Below the pieces are notes generated by a model. The model saw only the letters and a list, made by a program, of their open reading frames with translations. It made no database searches and had not been told where the DNA came from. A stretch of 64,000 nucleotides of DNA from a virus: the IMG/VR virus record IMGVR_UViG_3300025736_000023, positions 3,694-67,693 of that record. One strand, written 5' to 3'. Position numbers and translations under genes: made by a program. Positions 28,440 through 38,430 of the stretch are shown piece by piece (position 1 is the first letter of the stretch; the number at the start of each line of letters is the position of its first letter).

Positions 28440-30308
28440 CTACTTTTTTTTGTGCCAAACACCTTGAAGGGTACGTCCACGTTTACGTTGCACCAAACCC
28501 CTAGCCTCTACCGTTTTGTACACTCTACCATGCAGGAAACTACGATTAGTCCCATACTCCTCTAAAATACAAGACTCGGAAGAAAGAATGTCCATCCAGT
28601 TACCATGTCTTAGAAGTCTTGCGCGTTTAGCATAATACTTAGGATAGTACACTGATGGTACCGAAAAAAGCACTTGAGGGACTATACCCAACTGGTTTCG
28701 TATTTGTAGAGCTATTTCTTTATTGCCTAACTGTTGTAGTACCCCCATACTGGCGCAGACTGCAGGCATTGTCACGCCAGATCGATGGAGCACAGGGGGG
28801 TCTAACAAACCTTTGGTGCAAGATATTAACTTTGGAGCGTTCACACCTCTGGCTGCAAGTTTCTCACGCGCAGTCTCCAAGTTTTCCGGTGCAACAATCC
28901 CTACAACCTCATAACCCCGCTGTATAAGACCCTTGTATAGAATTCCTTCTCCTACACCCATATCCCAAACAGGCCCAGGTGCGGGTATTAGCTTTGTAAA
29001 CCAATCAAAGAAACCAGTATGATCTGCAACTGTCTCATTAGGGGCGTTAGGTATGCGGCTGTTCCGAACGCTAGAGTCTGCAGGGCTAACACCCTCTATT
29101 ATGTCAAGCAGTTTTCTCCCTACACTAGCAGGGCCATGTTCTCTTGCGAACCATTGAGCAGCCCGTTGCCCCTTCTGGTACGCTTCCTCTCTATGATTAT
29201 ACACCCAGCGCATCGTTTCAATTAGTTCATCCCAATCTGGGAGATACCAGTTCCCTCCTAGTGGCGAGTCCTCTGTTTTACCTGTTTGAATTGGAAAGGT
29301 GTACTGTGGATCACACATCGGGATGAGTCCGGTATTGTTTGATAGAATTGTGGGTAGCCCAGTAGCTATAGCTTCCCGAGGGGGCATTCCAAAACCCTCC
29401 CCTTTGGATGCAAACACCATAGCATCCGCGTTGTGCATCCAATCTAACATCTTTTGAGGAAACCAATCGGCGCTGATAATGCTGACTCTTGGATCGTTAC
29501 CTGTGCCTGGAAGCTGGTTTTCCCCCCAACCGAAATACCCCAAACGGGTCTTGAATTCAAATCTAACATTAGGATATTGCTTCAGTGGAAACGCTTTTTT
29601 GAAGGCATCCAGAGTTTCCAAAGGGGATTTTCGCCCTGATAATGTTCCAAAAGTGATAAAAGTGAACGTGTCTTTAGGTTCTCTCTTCGTTGCTGTATGA
29701 TACATTGGATTGATTGACAGCGGCGACACCACTACTGGAGCAGTCACAAACTGTTCAAATACATCTTTACAATAACTACAAGGAACTACTAGCAAATCAA
29801 CCTCTCCACAGTCATGCTTCCATTCAGGTAAGTTTACTAGCGGGTCGTCTGACTCGTACATGGTCAACCCTATTCTATAGGGAGTAGGTAGCTTCTTGAA
29901 TTCTCCTGGAGTTGCCATACAAATGCCGACTCTGTGTGCTCGCTGTTCTGGCTTCCGCAGCATTGCTATAGTCTCAGGCAAAAGTCCCTCTTTGGACATG
30001 AACCAACATTGATTCACAGATATTTGACAACCCACGCTCGTTAGTGCATGTATCATGTTCTCAGCAGCAGTTGCGTAACCGTCTCCCATACTGAATGGGC
30101 TCAACCAGTAAACATGAGTTCCTTCAGGAGTCTTCCAAAGCAGATCCTTAGAATCTTCAAGATCATCCAGATCGGCCTTTCGTCGTGTGTTCATCCAAAT
30201 AGCGTCTAGGTAGCTGACTTCTTCCGGGACCTTCAACCAAACGCCCGGAAGAAGCCAACTTCCATGAGGAGCTACTTGTGTAACCCCTGTGCTGTTACGT
30301 ACTCGCAT
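28440..30308 (-). CDS. GT4 (GT-B) glycosyltransferase with a C-terminal methyltransferase-like domain
   Basis: DGYA, TMYES and SKGEGFGMPPREAIATGLP; C-terminal VWDMGVGEG. Confidence 0.85.
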   Translation of the reverse strand: MRVRNSTGVTQVAPHGSWLLPGVWLKVPEEVSYLDAIWMNTRRKADLDDLEDSKDLLWKTPEGTHVYWLSPFSMGDGYATAAENMIHALTSVGCQISVNQCWFMSKEGLLPETIAMLRKPEQRAHRVGICMATPGEFKKLPTPYRIGLTMYESDDPLVNLPEWKHDCGEVDLLVVPCSYCKDVFEQFVTAPVVVSPLSINPMYHTATKREPKDTFTFITFGTLSGRKSPLETLDAFKKAFPLKQYPNVRFEFKTRLGYFGWGENQLPGTGNDPRVSIISADWFPQKMLDWMHNADAMVFASKGEGFGMPPREAIATGLPTILSNNTGLIPMCDPQYTFPIQTGKTEDSPLGGNWYLPDWDELIETMRWVYNHREEAYQKGQRAAQWFAREHGPASVGRKLLDIIEGVSPADSSVRNSRIPNAPNETVADHTGFFDWFTKLIPAPGPVWDMGVGEGILYKGLIQRGYEVVGIVAPENLETAREKLAARGVNAPKLISCTKGLLDPPVLHRSGVTMPAVCASMGVLQQLGNKEIALQIRNQLGIVPQVLFSVPSVYYPKYYAKRARLLRHGNWMDILSSESCILEEYGTNRSFLHGRVYKTVEARGLVQRKRGRTLQGVWHKKK

Positions 30309-30329
30309 CTCTAAGTCCCCCCGATACGA

Positions 30330-31547
30330 CTACTCTGCGACGGTAATAGTTGAGTACAGTTCCGAGACCACCATTTTCTTGGCGTTTCGAGTTCGCACGT
30401 TTCGCGTCCATTTATCAACGTTCACATACGCGCCCGGCAGAGTTGCATCAGAAGGTCCCAAGGTCTCTGCATAGACTAGCGGCATAGGCGAAAGCGGGAT
30501 ATATGGTGCAAAAACGTAGCCAGTATCGATAGTGCTTCGGGGATAGCACCCCATAATCCCTCTGGTTGCTGGGATATATGGAGTCATGTACACGTCCCAG
30601 AAGCCCTCCACACGACCTACAAATTCCACTCCGGATATTGAACGAGGCCCCGGCGGTGTCATTCGTTCTGCGGGTTTCCAAGTTGCTGACTTCATCAGAT
30701 AGGTGATGACAGTGCGCCCGCCAATAACCCAGTCCGAGTTACGATATCGCTGGGTATAGATCAGGCTCTCGGCGTCGATAAGCGCGTGATGAAGCGTCTC
30801 GTACCACTCCCGGTTAGATTGTCCAGTAGGTACAGTCCAGCTCCAATCTACGTTACCGGCTCCTGCACCATTTAGAATCTCTCGAAGGCTACGGTACTCA
30901 AGCTCTCTGAGGATCTCTTCGGCGCACTGATTTACCAACTCGGATTCGACGTCGATATTCAGCGCCCCACGAGCGTCCTCTTGAACCTCAGTAGACCAAC
31001 TAGCGTTCAGGATATCCTTGGTGGCAGTAACAGTCTCTTTGGTGATCTCCATCTTAATGCGGTTAGGTACCTCGTTCTCACCCTTGAACGCATAATCGCT
31101 GTCCATCACCGTAGTGCTGGTCTCGGGATCAACATCCTCGCGCTTGAAATCCATGTAAAAGATTTGCATCACGCCACCAGATGACAAAGGCATCGGCTGG
31201 ATTGAGGCGATCTTTGCCAGGATCAACTGCGGGAACACCTTGCGCACAATCGGCAAAGCGTACTTCACAGGCAGAGCGACATCAGTTGTCATCGTCTGCT
31301 CCATGACGTTGCTGCCAGCACTAATTATACTCTGGTTCTCAAACAGAATCGCCATGGTCTCCCACATCTTCTGCGGGATTGCCTCCATGGGATTTCTCTT
31401 AGTTCCTGTGCCCAAGAGCCACTCCCATTTGCCCACTAGGGCATCTAGATAGGCTCTACGGCCAGCCAGGAAATCCTTATAAGACGCACCTACATCCACA
31501 ACCGACATATCTGGAACATTTCCTCTATTCACTGTAGCCTCCTTCAT
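30330..31547 (-). CDS. Major capsid protein, T4 gp23-like
   Basis: LPIVRKVFPQL...SIQPM, W..E..ED......D.E.EL.....EI..E and GYVFAPYIPL. Confidence 0.88.
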   Translation of the reverse strand: MKEATVNRGNVPDMSVVDVGASYKDFLAGRRAYLDALVGKWEWLLGTGTKRNPMEAIPQKMWETMAILFENQSIISAGSNVMEQTMTTDVALPVKYALPIVRKVFPQLILAKIASIQPMPLSSGGVMQIFYMDFKREDVDPETSTTVMDSDYAFKGENEVPNRIKMEITKETVTATKDILNASWSTEVQEDARGALNIDVESELVNQCAEEILRELEYRSLREILNGAGAGNVDWSWTVPTGQSNREWYETLHHALIDAESLIYTQRYRNSDWVIGGRTVITYLMKSATWKPAERMTPPGPRSISGVEFVGRVEGFWDVYMTPYIPATRGIMGCYPRSTIDTGYVFAPYIPLSPMPLVYAETLGPSDATLPGAYVNVDKWTRNVRTRNAKKMVVSELYSTITVAE

Positions 31548-31564
31548 GTACCTGTATAAATAGA

Positions 31565-32950
31565 TTACCCAGCCAAGCGCATGAGCGCGATTTGACCCTC
31601 AGTGAATGTGACCGGATCCTCGCTCTCGTCAGTATTGCTATCGTCCTCTTCTCCGTCAGCCTTAAACTTGGCTATCCCTTTCGCAGTGCCTACACCAGGT
31701 GATCTAGACAAAGCGCGCATTAGAGCTACTTCTCGTACTGCCTTCAGTGTTGCAGGAATTTCCTCTACCGAGGTTACACTTTCCTTCAAAGCGGCAGCAA
31801 TTTCGCGGCCAACACCAATCTGTGCCGCCTGTTCAATTGCCAAGGACAGCTCCAGTGCGGCTACTTGTGCAATAGTGTCCTCAGTAGGCTCCTGGGTCTC
31901 CAACAAAGTATCTCTCTCTGTGGTAACTGTCTCAAGAGCCGCCGTTGCTGTATCGAGAGATTCCTGAAGGGTTTCACTGTGACCGGTCGCAACCTCTAAA
32001 GCCGTTGCAACATGATCATCCAGCAAGTCCTTCCGCTTTTCGATAAGCATCTCCAGAGTTAGTTCCTCCCAATTGATCTCCATGACCTTCTCCTCCTCTT
32101 TTTCAGTGGGTTTCCACACTGGAAACACCATCGCTGATTCAAGCACTTTAACTAGACCTGCTCCGGTTATGCCCGCCTGATCGCACATGTCAATTCCTTG
32201 GATCTTAGCGGTTTGCATCTCCTCTATGTAACCATAATCCTCTCCTTCTCCGTCTCCACCATCTTCAGAACTAAGACTGTGCATAATACTATGCACCTCT
32301 GACATACGTACAGAGGACTCCCCCATTACTTCATCGTAAAGCAGGGTAATTACATCTTTTCCTTCAGATGTAGGTGAAATATACCCATGATACCGGATCT
32401 CGGGGCCATCTCGCCATAATTCTCCTTTGATTTTTCCGATAGGATTCTTTGTGTCCGAGGTGAAGATGGACCCTCCAGCGCTACCATGCTTATTGTACAT
32501 CGTTACAGTGTGACCAAGCTCCATGAACTTGTTGGTGTTCTCCATGCAAAGCTCATTGAATTCTGGAGCGTAATACCGTTCATAGCCAGTCCCTAACTGG
32601 CTAACAACAAAGTCAATCAGGGCTATTCCCTCAAAATTGAATCCTTCCCTAAGAGCCTTATCGAGGGATTGCTCTTCGAGCCATGTTACTGGCTTACTTA
32701 TTCTGGCCTCATATGTGGGGAAAGCTGCCATAGCCTCATGTGATTTACTCCATTTGCCATCTTTTGCTTTGCGATAGCCTGCTTGGTACAACGATTTGCC
32801 CATTACTCCGTGGGCTTGTCTATAAGCGGCGCCTTCGTCCTGTGTCTTCTTTAGAACGCTATTGAAGACTTCAATGAATTGATTTAGGAATTCTTGGGGT
32901 ATTCCTTTACCGGCCAACTTCCGAGGAACTGTATTCTTCTTGAATGGCAT
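31565..32950 (-). CDS. ChaB-like N-terminal domain + prohead protease/scaffold
   Basis: F...FNS......DE..A...A...Y.K..DG.W at the N-terminus; acidic coiled-coil C-terminus; between portal and capsid. Confidence 0.65.
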   Translation of the reverse strand: MPFKKNTVPRKLAGKGIPQEFLNQFIEVFNSVLKKTQDEGAAYRQAHGVMGKSLYQAGYRKAKDGKWSKSHEAMAAFPTYEARISKPVTWLEEQSLDKALREGFNFEGIALIDFVVSQLGTGYERYYAPEFNELCMENTNKFMELGHTVTMYNKHGSAGGSIFTSDTKNPIGKIKGELWRDGPEIRYHGYISPTSEGKDVITLLYDEVMGESSVRMSEVHSIMHSLSSEDGGDGEGEDYGYIEEMQTAKIQGIDMCDQAGITGAGLVKVLESAMVFPVWKPTEKEEEKVMEINWEELTLEMLIEKRKDLLDDHVATALEVATGHSETLQESLDTATAALETVTTERDTLLETQEPTEDTIAQVAALELSLAIEQAAQIGVGREIAAALKESVTSVEEIPATLKAVREVALMRALSRSPGVGTAKGIAKFKADGEEDDSNTDESEDPVTFTEGQIALMRLAG

Positions 32951-34359
32951 TATTCATCTCCTTCTGGTTCAACAGTTGGTTTTGGTTTCGGAGCTGCCGC
33001 AATTCTGTCTATCTCTATCTTGGACATTCTTAAATGTCTTGTCTGAATAAATTCAGAGTCTACCAGACCTAATGCCAGAAGTTTTTCATCTGCTTCGGCA
33101 AAGTTCTTAGTTGCAGCACTCCCTTCCAACACATCTGCCCAAGAGGGAGTAGGCCACATAATGATAAGCTCAACGCTGTTTGGATCTATCCCTAGTAAAA
33201 CTAATTGGAGCTTGATAGTGTGCTCAATAGCCTCACTCAGCATAGACTGAATTCTTCGCAGTATTCGCAAAAAGCGCCTGTCCTGCTGTTGCAGAGTAGC
33301 CTTCGCATTGATGTCACGTTCCAAACCTAAGTGTGCTTTGGGTACTCTTAGAGATGTCATTACTTTGTTCTGGTAATACTCAATTGGCGAGAGATTCAAA
33401 AAGCCTGAATTGGCCGTATCAAGTATCTTAACATCTGTCTGGCCTGGATACGCCCGACCGCCAATATCGTGCATTGCCCGACCAATGTAAATGTCCTTCA
33501 CAACAGAGAGCTCGTCCTTACCTTTTACTCCCGAGGCAATTGCTCTAGTAGTAAGAGATGTAGCGAAGGTATTGATATATGCTTCGGCCTCTTTCGGAGT
33601 TTTACCAGTAACATCTAAAATAAAGAGCAATCTAGCAAAGGCTCTAGTCAGCCAGTTGATGACTAGAGCTTCTTCCATTGCCTGCCACTTTTTCCAAGCT
33701 GTACGTGCTGTAGAGAGCAATGAGCGACCATACACTCTAGAGCCAGAACGGTTCCAACGTATGTGCTCTATCTGATAAGGGTACCACCAGGCAACTCTCT
33801 GATTGGTGCCGGGGCGGTACTGTTCAAAAGCGGCCTCTCCAGGCTTTGTACCCTCAAGCAATAGCCCAGCATCGTTTTCATTTCGGAACATCGACACAGG
33901 GGGCATGTACATTAAGCGAACTAACAGTAGATTCTTATCGATAATGTACTGCAAAAACGTATCACCATACAGTATCGTGTCCCTGGCTATTGCATACGCT
34001 TTTTCTCTCCATCTAGTGCGTTTGATAACCTCTTCTACGACTGTACTATGCTCCTTTCCCTCTTGAAATACAATCGTGAAAGCGCCCTTAGAGCCGTCTT
34101 CTGAGTTTACAGAGTTATCTGCCAGAATATCTAGTGCCGAAGCAACTTCATCTACGGTATCATCCATCTCCAAAGCGTCAGAATAGACGGCCATACGCTT
34201 TGAATCTATCTCAAAGAAGACACCTTTGAGCTTGCCTACTGTAGCCTGAGTAACACCTACAGTGGACGTAGCATTAGGTTTAGGAGTCTCTGGACGGGCT
34301 TTTTTTCGTACTTTAGCCCATACTTTTCTTAGCCAACTAGGTTGTTTCTGGTCAAGCAT
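32950..34359 (-). CDS. Portal protein, T4 gp20-like
   Basis: MEEALVI..LTRA..R..F.LDV and SLRVPK motifs. Confidence 0.85.
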   Translation of the reverse strand: MLDQKQPSWLRKVWAKVRKKARPETPKPNATSTVGVTQATVGKLKGVFFEIDSKRMAVYSDALEMDDTVDEVASALDILADNSVNSEDGSKGAFTIVFQEGKEHSTVVEEVIKRTRWREKAYAIARDTILYGDTFLQYIIDKNLLLVRLMYMPPVSMFRNENDAGLLLEGTKPGEAAFEQYRPGTNQRVAWWYPYQIEHIRWNRSGSRVYGRSLLSTARTAWKKWQAMEEALVINWLTRAFARLLFILDVTGKTPKEAEAYINTFATSLTTRAIASGVKGKDELSVVKDIYIGRAMHDIGGRAYPGQTDVKILDTANSGFLNLSPIEYYQNKVMTSLRVPKAHLGLERDINAKATLQQQDRRFLRILRRIQSMLSEAIEHTIKLQLVLLGIDPNSVELIIMWPTPSWADVLEGSAATKNFAEADEKLLALGLVDSEFIQTRHLRMSKIEIDRIAAAPKPKPTVEPEGDE

Positions 34360-34377
34360 GTATTACTTTCCTAAGAT

Positions 34378-34641
34378 TTACAGTCTTAGCGGCACATTCG
34401 TTGGCAACTCTGGACACACGGTACCAAACCAGTTGAACGCATCTTCAGACTCAACCACGCGCCACGTCAGCACGTCTTCCCGAATGAGCGCTGCAACCTC
34501 CTGTAGCTTCTGGCCGTCCGTTTTGTCCATCGCCTCAACAACCCTCATTGCCGCCGCGTCGATCTCGACAGTGCGGTGAGCACTCCCGACCGGTATATAG
34601 GTGGCTTCGCCATCGACAATGACCGGGTGTCCTACCTCCAC
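34378..34641 (-). CDS. Hypothetical protein, locally GC-richer
   Basis: Overlaps the upstream stop. Confidence 0.45.
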   Translation of the reverse strand: MEVGHPVIVDGEATYIPVGSAHRTVEIDAAAMRVVEAMDKTDGQKLQEVAALIREDVLTWRVVESEDAFNWFGTVCPELPTNVPLRL

Positions 34642-35207
34642 ATCAAACTTGACGCTGCCCGAATATTTACTGTGCCAGTATTGGTCACTAGCGCCTGTAC
34701 TGTCACACCCACCAATAGCGGCGTGTTAGCTGCCAGTGCCTCAGCCGTAGCTAGTGCCGCGCACGTTTTCTGTCCACACAGCAGTGTAACAGGTGCGTCT
34801 GTAGATACCGGCACTGCCGCTACTCTTAATTCGGTATCAGTTAACCCACCTGTGGTTACAGGGAACGTCGCTTGATCACTAGCAATAACAACAGGCTGAG
34901 ATGCGGCCATGATCTTCTGGCCCAAGGTAGCAATTCTAGCAGCAAATAGAGTCACCAAGCCGCGTAGTTTACCACTAATGGTTCCATCAGCGTCAGTTAC
35001 AATAGCAGCATCTGTAACGGTACCCTGCACAGCAGCGATAGCTGCAACATCTGTACCAGAGCCTCCTATTGCATTCTCTATAGCTCTCAGTCTAGATAGA
35101 ACTGTATACGTAGTAGGAACTGCTACAACTTCTCCTAACACATCATTATCATTGTTATCAATTAGCTGTACTAAACCTGATGGTTCTCTTTCCGGTATGA
35201 CTGCCAT
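34632..35207 (-). CDS. Virion structural/fibre-like protein, possibly C-terminally truncated
   Basis: LGQK.MA.S.PVVIASDQ and V.A...NTG.V motifs; AGGAGG RBS. Confidence 0.55.
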   Translation of the reverse strand: MAVIPEREPSGLVQLIDNNDNDVLGEVVAVPTTYTVLSRLRAIENAIGGSGTDVAAIAAVQGTVTDAAIVTDADGTISGKLRGLVTLFAARIATLGQKIMAASQPVVIASDQATFPVTTGGLTDTELRVAAVPVSTDAPVTLLCGQKTCAALATAEALAANTPLLVGVTVQALVTNTGTVNIRAASSLMWR

Positions 35208-35250
35208 GGTGTCCTCCTATTTGAGTATCGATGAATGCGCAGCTTCCCAA

Positions 35251-35556
35251 TTACCTTCGACCTTTTATTAAAAAGAAACATTCTAAGACCTTGCCCCCTG
35301 TTGTGAACTTGATCTCAATTCGATAAGTATGATCGTCGGTAAGCGACTTTACCACAGGTGTAGTGATTACATCACCGCTGATAGTAGTAGCACCACTTAG
35401 TATCTCAGCGGTTACATCTTTATAAGAATCAGATACGTCATAAGCCTTGACCTCGGCGTTAGAGGGTATAGCTCCCCATGGCGTCGTCGTAAGCGCATAA
35501 GGAATCTCTTCATCTTGGCCTTGTCGAATATCAATTTCGACCACCTGTAACCTCAT
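35251..35556 (-). CDS. Small Ig-like / BppU-like fibre adaptor protein
   Basis: Beta-rich, Y.IE..F.T C-terminus, downstream of the propeller protein. Confidence 0.45.
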   Translation of the reverse strand: MRLQVVEIDIRQGQDEEIPYALTTTPWGAIPSNAEVKAYDVSDSYKDVTAEILSGATTISGDVITTPVVKSLTDDHTYRIEIKFTTGGKVLECFFLIKGRR

Positions 35557-35561
35557 AATTA

Positions 35562-36674
35562 CTACCTTTCCGCCAAAGTCAGCCCACTAGTACGTGAATT
35601 CAATGTTAACGTCTCCTTACGTATGGCTAACGTCAAATAGATGTACTCTCCCCCAGTGGTTAAAGCCGCACTCAGTGTGCCTATAAAAGTTATCGCGCCT
35701 GTTGCATTCCTAGTGGCTTTGGTCAGCAAGGTACCTACAAAAGTTGAGGCACCACCGAGAAGTTCTGTAGGTGGTTTAACTAGCGTGCCAATAAAAGTTA
35801 CCGTGCCGGATAGAGCTTTCTTTGCCTTGCAATATAGGGCACCTGTTGGAGCAAATGTACCAATAAGTGCTTGTGTAGTTGCAGTGAATAAAGTACCTAC
35901 AAAAGTGAGCTCCCCTAAATAACTTTTAGAAGATGCTTTTGCTAGATGACCAATGAGCGTAAGTGCTCCTACAACAGCTTTTTGCGCTTCTTTTATTAAA
36001 GAGCCTGTAGGAGTTATTGCTCCTAATACTGTCTCATCGTACTCTGTAGCTTGGTATCGTCCGTCCCAGGTAATACCTTGAGGGACTGCCAGTGGAGACT
36101 GGTAACTATTGCTGATTGTGTCAGAGAACCCAGAATGCAAGTAATGACGGTCTGCGGTACTGTCTGTACTAAGAACATTTGTCCCATCCCAGGAAATACC
36201 TCTAGGCCCCGAAGATGGACTACTATAGCTAGCAGCTATACTTGTAGAAAAACCATTATGCTTATAGTGTTTTGCTTCATCACCATCGATACTAATAACG
36301 TTAGTATTATCCCAGGTAATGCCTGTTGGTGAGGTAGATGGGCTACTATAGCTGCTATCCAAAACCGCCGAAAAGCTTATGTGTTTGTAATGTTTGGCCA
36401 CATCGCTGTCTGCACTAATGACGTTCGTTCCGTCCCAGGTTATGCCTCTTGGCCATGTGGACGGACTGGAATAGCTGGCTGTTATGCTTGCAGAAAAGCC
36501 ACTGTGTTTGTAGTGTGAACGAGTAAACACAACAGCACTAAGAACGTTTGTGCCATCCCATGTAATTCCAGTAGAATCTTGCTCGAAAGAATAGCTCTCA
36601 CTGATTGTGTCAGAGAACCCAGAATGCTTAAAATGTTTTTCATTCCAATCCACACTAATGACATTGTAGGCCAT
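35562..36674 (-). CDS. Five-repeat beta-propeller fibre protein, paralogous to the N-terminus of 14164-17895
   Basis: Five NVISAD..HY.H.GFS..I..SYSSP..P.GITWDG repeats followed by G.LTF.G.L repeats. Confidence 0.75.
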   Translation of the reverse strand: MAYNVISVDWNEKHFKHSGFSDTISESYSFEQDSTGITWDGTNVLSAVVFTRSHYKHSGFSASITASYSSPSTWPRGITWDGTNVISADSDVAKHYKHISFSAVLDSSYSSPSTSPTGITWDNTNVISIDGDEAKHYKHNGFSTSIAASYSSPSSGPRGISWDGTNVLSTDSTADRHYLHSGFSDTISNSYQSPLAVPQGITWDGRYQATEYDETVLGAITPTGSLIKEAQKAVVGALTLIGHLAKASSKSYLGELTFVGTLFTATTQALIGTFAPTGALYCKAKKALSGTVTFIGTLVKPPTELLGGASTFVGTLLTKATRNATGAITFIGTLSAALTTGGEYIYLTLAIRKETLTLNSRTSGLTLAER

Positions 36675-36676
36675 TA

Positions 36677-37258
36677 TTAGATTGGTACCTCAATCCAGTG
36701 TTGTTGTACCAAATTACAGTCTGCCCAGACATCTAACCCAGCCGCATGAGCTCGATCGCAAAAGTCAAAGTCCTCTGTTCGGACTATAAATCCCTGCTCG
36801 TCGTACACACACTGGAACCAAGGATCATGAATAATGTCAAATACAGTCCGATGAATCAACAAGCCTGCACAACCCACAACAACATTAGGCCCCTGGAGTC
36901 CGACTAAGGGGCGGTGTTGCACATAAGCTCCCTTACCATCGCGGTCTAATACCATCAGACCTATTTCGTTACCCTTCATGGAGGGGTGTGGAGCAGAGAC
37001 AATTAGCTGCTTATGGACCAACAGCTTCTGAATAGTTCGGTCCTGTGGTACACAGTCTGAATCCAACAGAAACATGTGTGAGCAGTCTGTAGCTAAAAAG
37101 CGCCTTACCTGCTCACAGCGAGCGTGTTGCAACGGATTAGGTGTCCTTACTATTTGGACTTCAACATCTGGTGCAAGCTGAGTAAACGCACGCAGCAACC
37201 ACTCTACGGTAGCTGCGTGCATATGCCCCTTAGTCGCTACAGAGATACACACTCTCAT
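36677..37258 (-). CDS. GT-A fold glycosyltransferase-like protein
   Basis: FLLDSD, G.AGLLI.R.VF and EDFDFC.RA..AG. Confidence 0.75.
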   Translation of the reverse strand: MRVCISVATKGHMHAATVEWLLRAFTQLAPDVEVQIVRTPNPLQHARCEQVRRFLATDCSHMFLLDSDCVPQDRTIQKLLVHKQLIVSAPHPSMKGNEIGLMVLDRDGKGAYVQHRPLVGLQGPNVVVGCAGLLIHRTVFDIIHDPWFQCVYDEQGFIVRTEDFDFCDRAHAAGLDVWADCNLVQQHWIEVPI

Positions 37259-37262
37259 AGTG

Positions 37263-37748
37263 CTATCGGCGTCTCGGGGTAAGCGACTTGCCTGTCTTAG
37301 CTACAAGGGTAGCCATTGGTTTCAGGCGCTTATTGATCCCTCTAACGCGACTAGCAGGATCTAGAGCATCCCTATCCTCCTGTGATATAGCAATACCCGC
37401 TCCTTGCTTGGCTACAATAGCCTGAAGCCGTGCTGGATCGAGCACTACCTCTTCAGATTCGTCGTTGTCGATACGCCATTGCTCCATAAGAGCGTCCGCC
37501 TCAACAGCAGTAACCTCTTCCATGTCAGGGCTTGCAAGGTAGCGATCGGCCACCCCATCGTCCAATAGGATCAAGCAAAATTCATGATCCTGACCCATTC
37601 CAATGCCACCAGAATACGCCCCTGTACCGTTGATCCCACAGGGGCCTAGCCCTGAGCGATCTACCTCCTGCGCATTGTAAGGAGAGGGATAGACCATCAT
37701 ATCCTCTCCCACGCCACCACGCCGAATCTTAACTTTTACTATTCTCAT
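37263..37748 (-). CDS. Hypothetical protein
   Basis: RBS present, in operon. Confidence 0.6.
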   Translation of the reverse strand: MRIVKVKIRRGGVGEDMMVYPSPYNAQEVDRSGLGPCGINGTGAYSGGIGMGQDHEFCLILLDDGVADRYLASPDMEEVTAVEADALMEQWRIDNDESEEVVLDPARLQAIVAKQGAGIAISQEDRDALDPASRVRGINKRLKPMATLVAKTGKSLTPRRR

Positions 37749-37793
37749 CTACCTCAGCCTCCAATAGTTATATACTATGTAAATTAGCCGCCC

Positions 37794-37822
37794 TTGACAA
37801 TTGGTTACGTTCATGGTATTCT
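37794..37822 (+). promoter_or_regulatory. sigma70-type promoter for the homing endonuclease
   Basis: TTGACA-N17-TATTCT with TG extension. Confidence 0.7.
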
Positions 37823-37845
37823 AGTTACAAAAGGAAGGTGAACTT

Positions 37846-38415
37846 ATGTCTAAAAAGACTGTCCCTGTCAGTAAAATTTGTCCTGTCTGTAAGAAAGAGT
37901 TTTTTGTATGCCCACCCGGACGATCTAGTAGATATTATGCACCTAACAAACAAGTTTGCTGTTCTCGTACTTGTGCTTTTAAAGGGCGCTTCCGTCGTAG
38001 CCAGCAGTGTAAGCTACTTTTACCTACTGAAGCTTCATATATCGCAGGCTTCCTAGACGGTGACGGTTCTATTATGCTCTATAAGAGAGAACGTAAAGCC
38101 GCATTAAGAGTGTCTTTTGCTAACTGCAAACGTGAGATCCTTGATTGGATACTGCTTAAAACTGGTGTAGGTAACGTAATTGAGAAACCTATTCATGATG
38201 CAAAACATAAACCAGCTTTCCTACTCTTTATAAACTCTGGTGCTGCATTATCTTTACTCGTACAGCTACTACAATATCTCACTATCAAGCGGCCTCAAGC
38301 AGAACTCGCTATTTGGTTCCAAGAGCGCAAAAGTGATCCAGCTATTAGCTCTAAGACAGATTGGCAACGGAAGGCTAAAGCTAAAATGCAAAGCCTAAAT
38401 CGGCGGGGCAGATAA
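37846..38415 (+). mobile_element. Free-standing LAGLIDADG homing endonuclease with N-terminal Zn-finger
   Basis: YIAGFLDGDGSI; CPVC..F...CCS..C; L.IKR.QA; antisense to the operon. Confidence 0.88.
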
Positions 38416-38430
38416 AACCCCAATAGACGA

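Noticed and set aside
37750-38430. Group I intron housing the LAGLIDADG gene
   Set aside because: The flanking genes are complete, there is almost no flanking sequence for an intron core, and the gene is antisense with its own promoter
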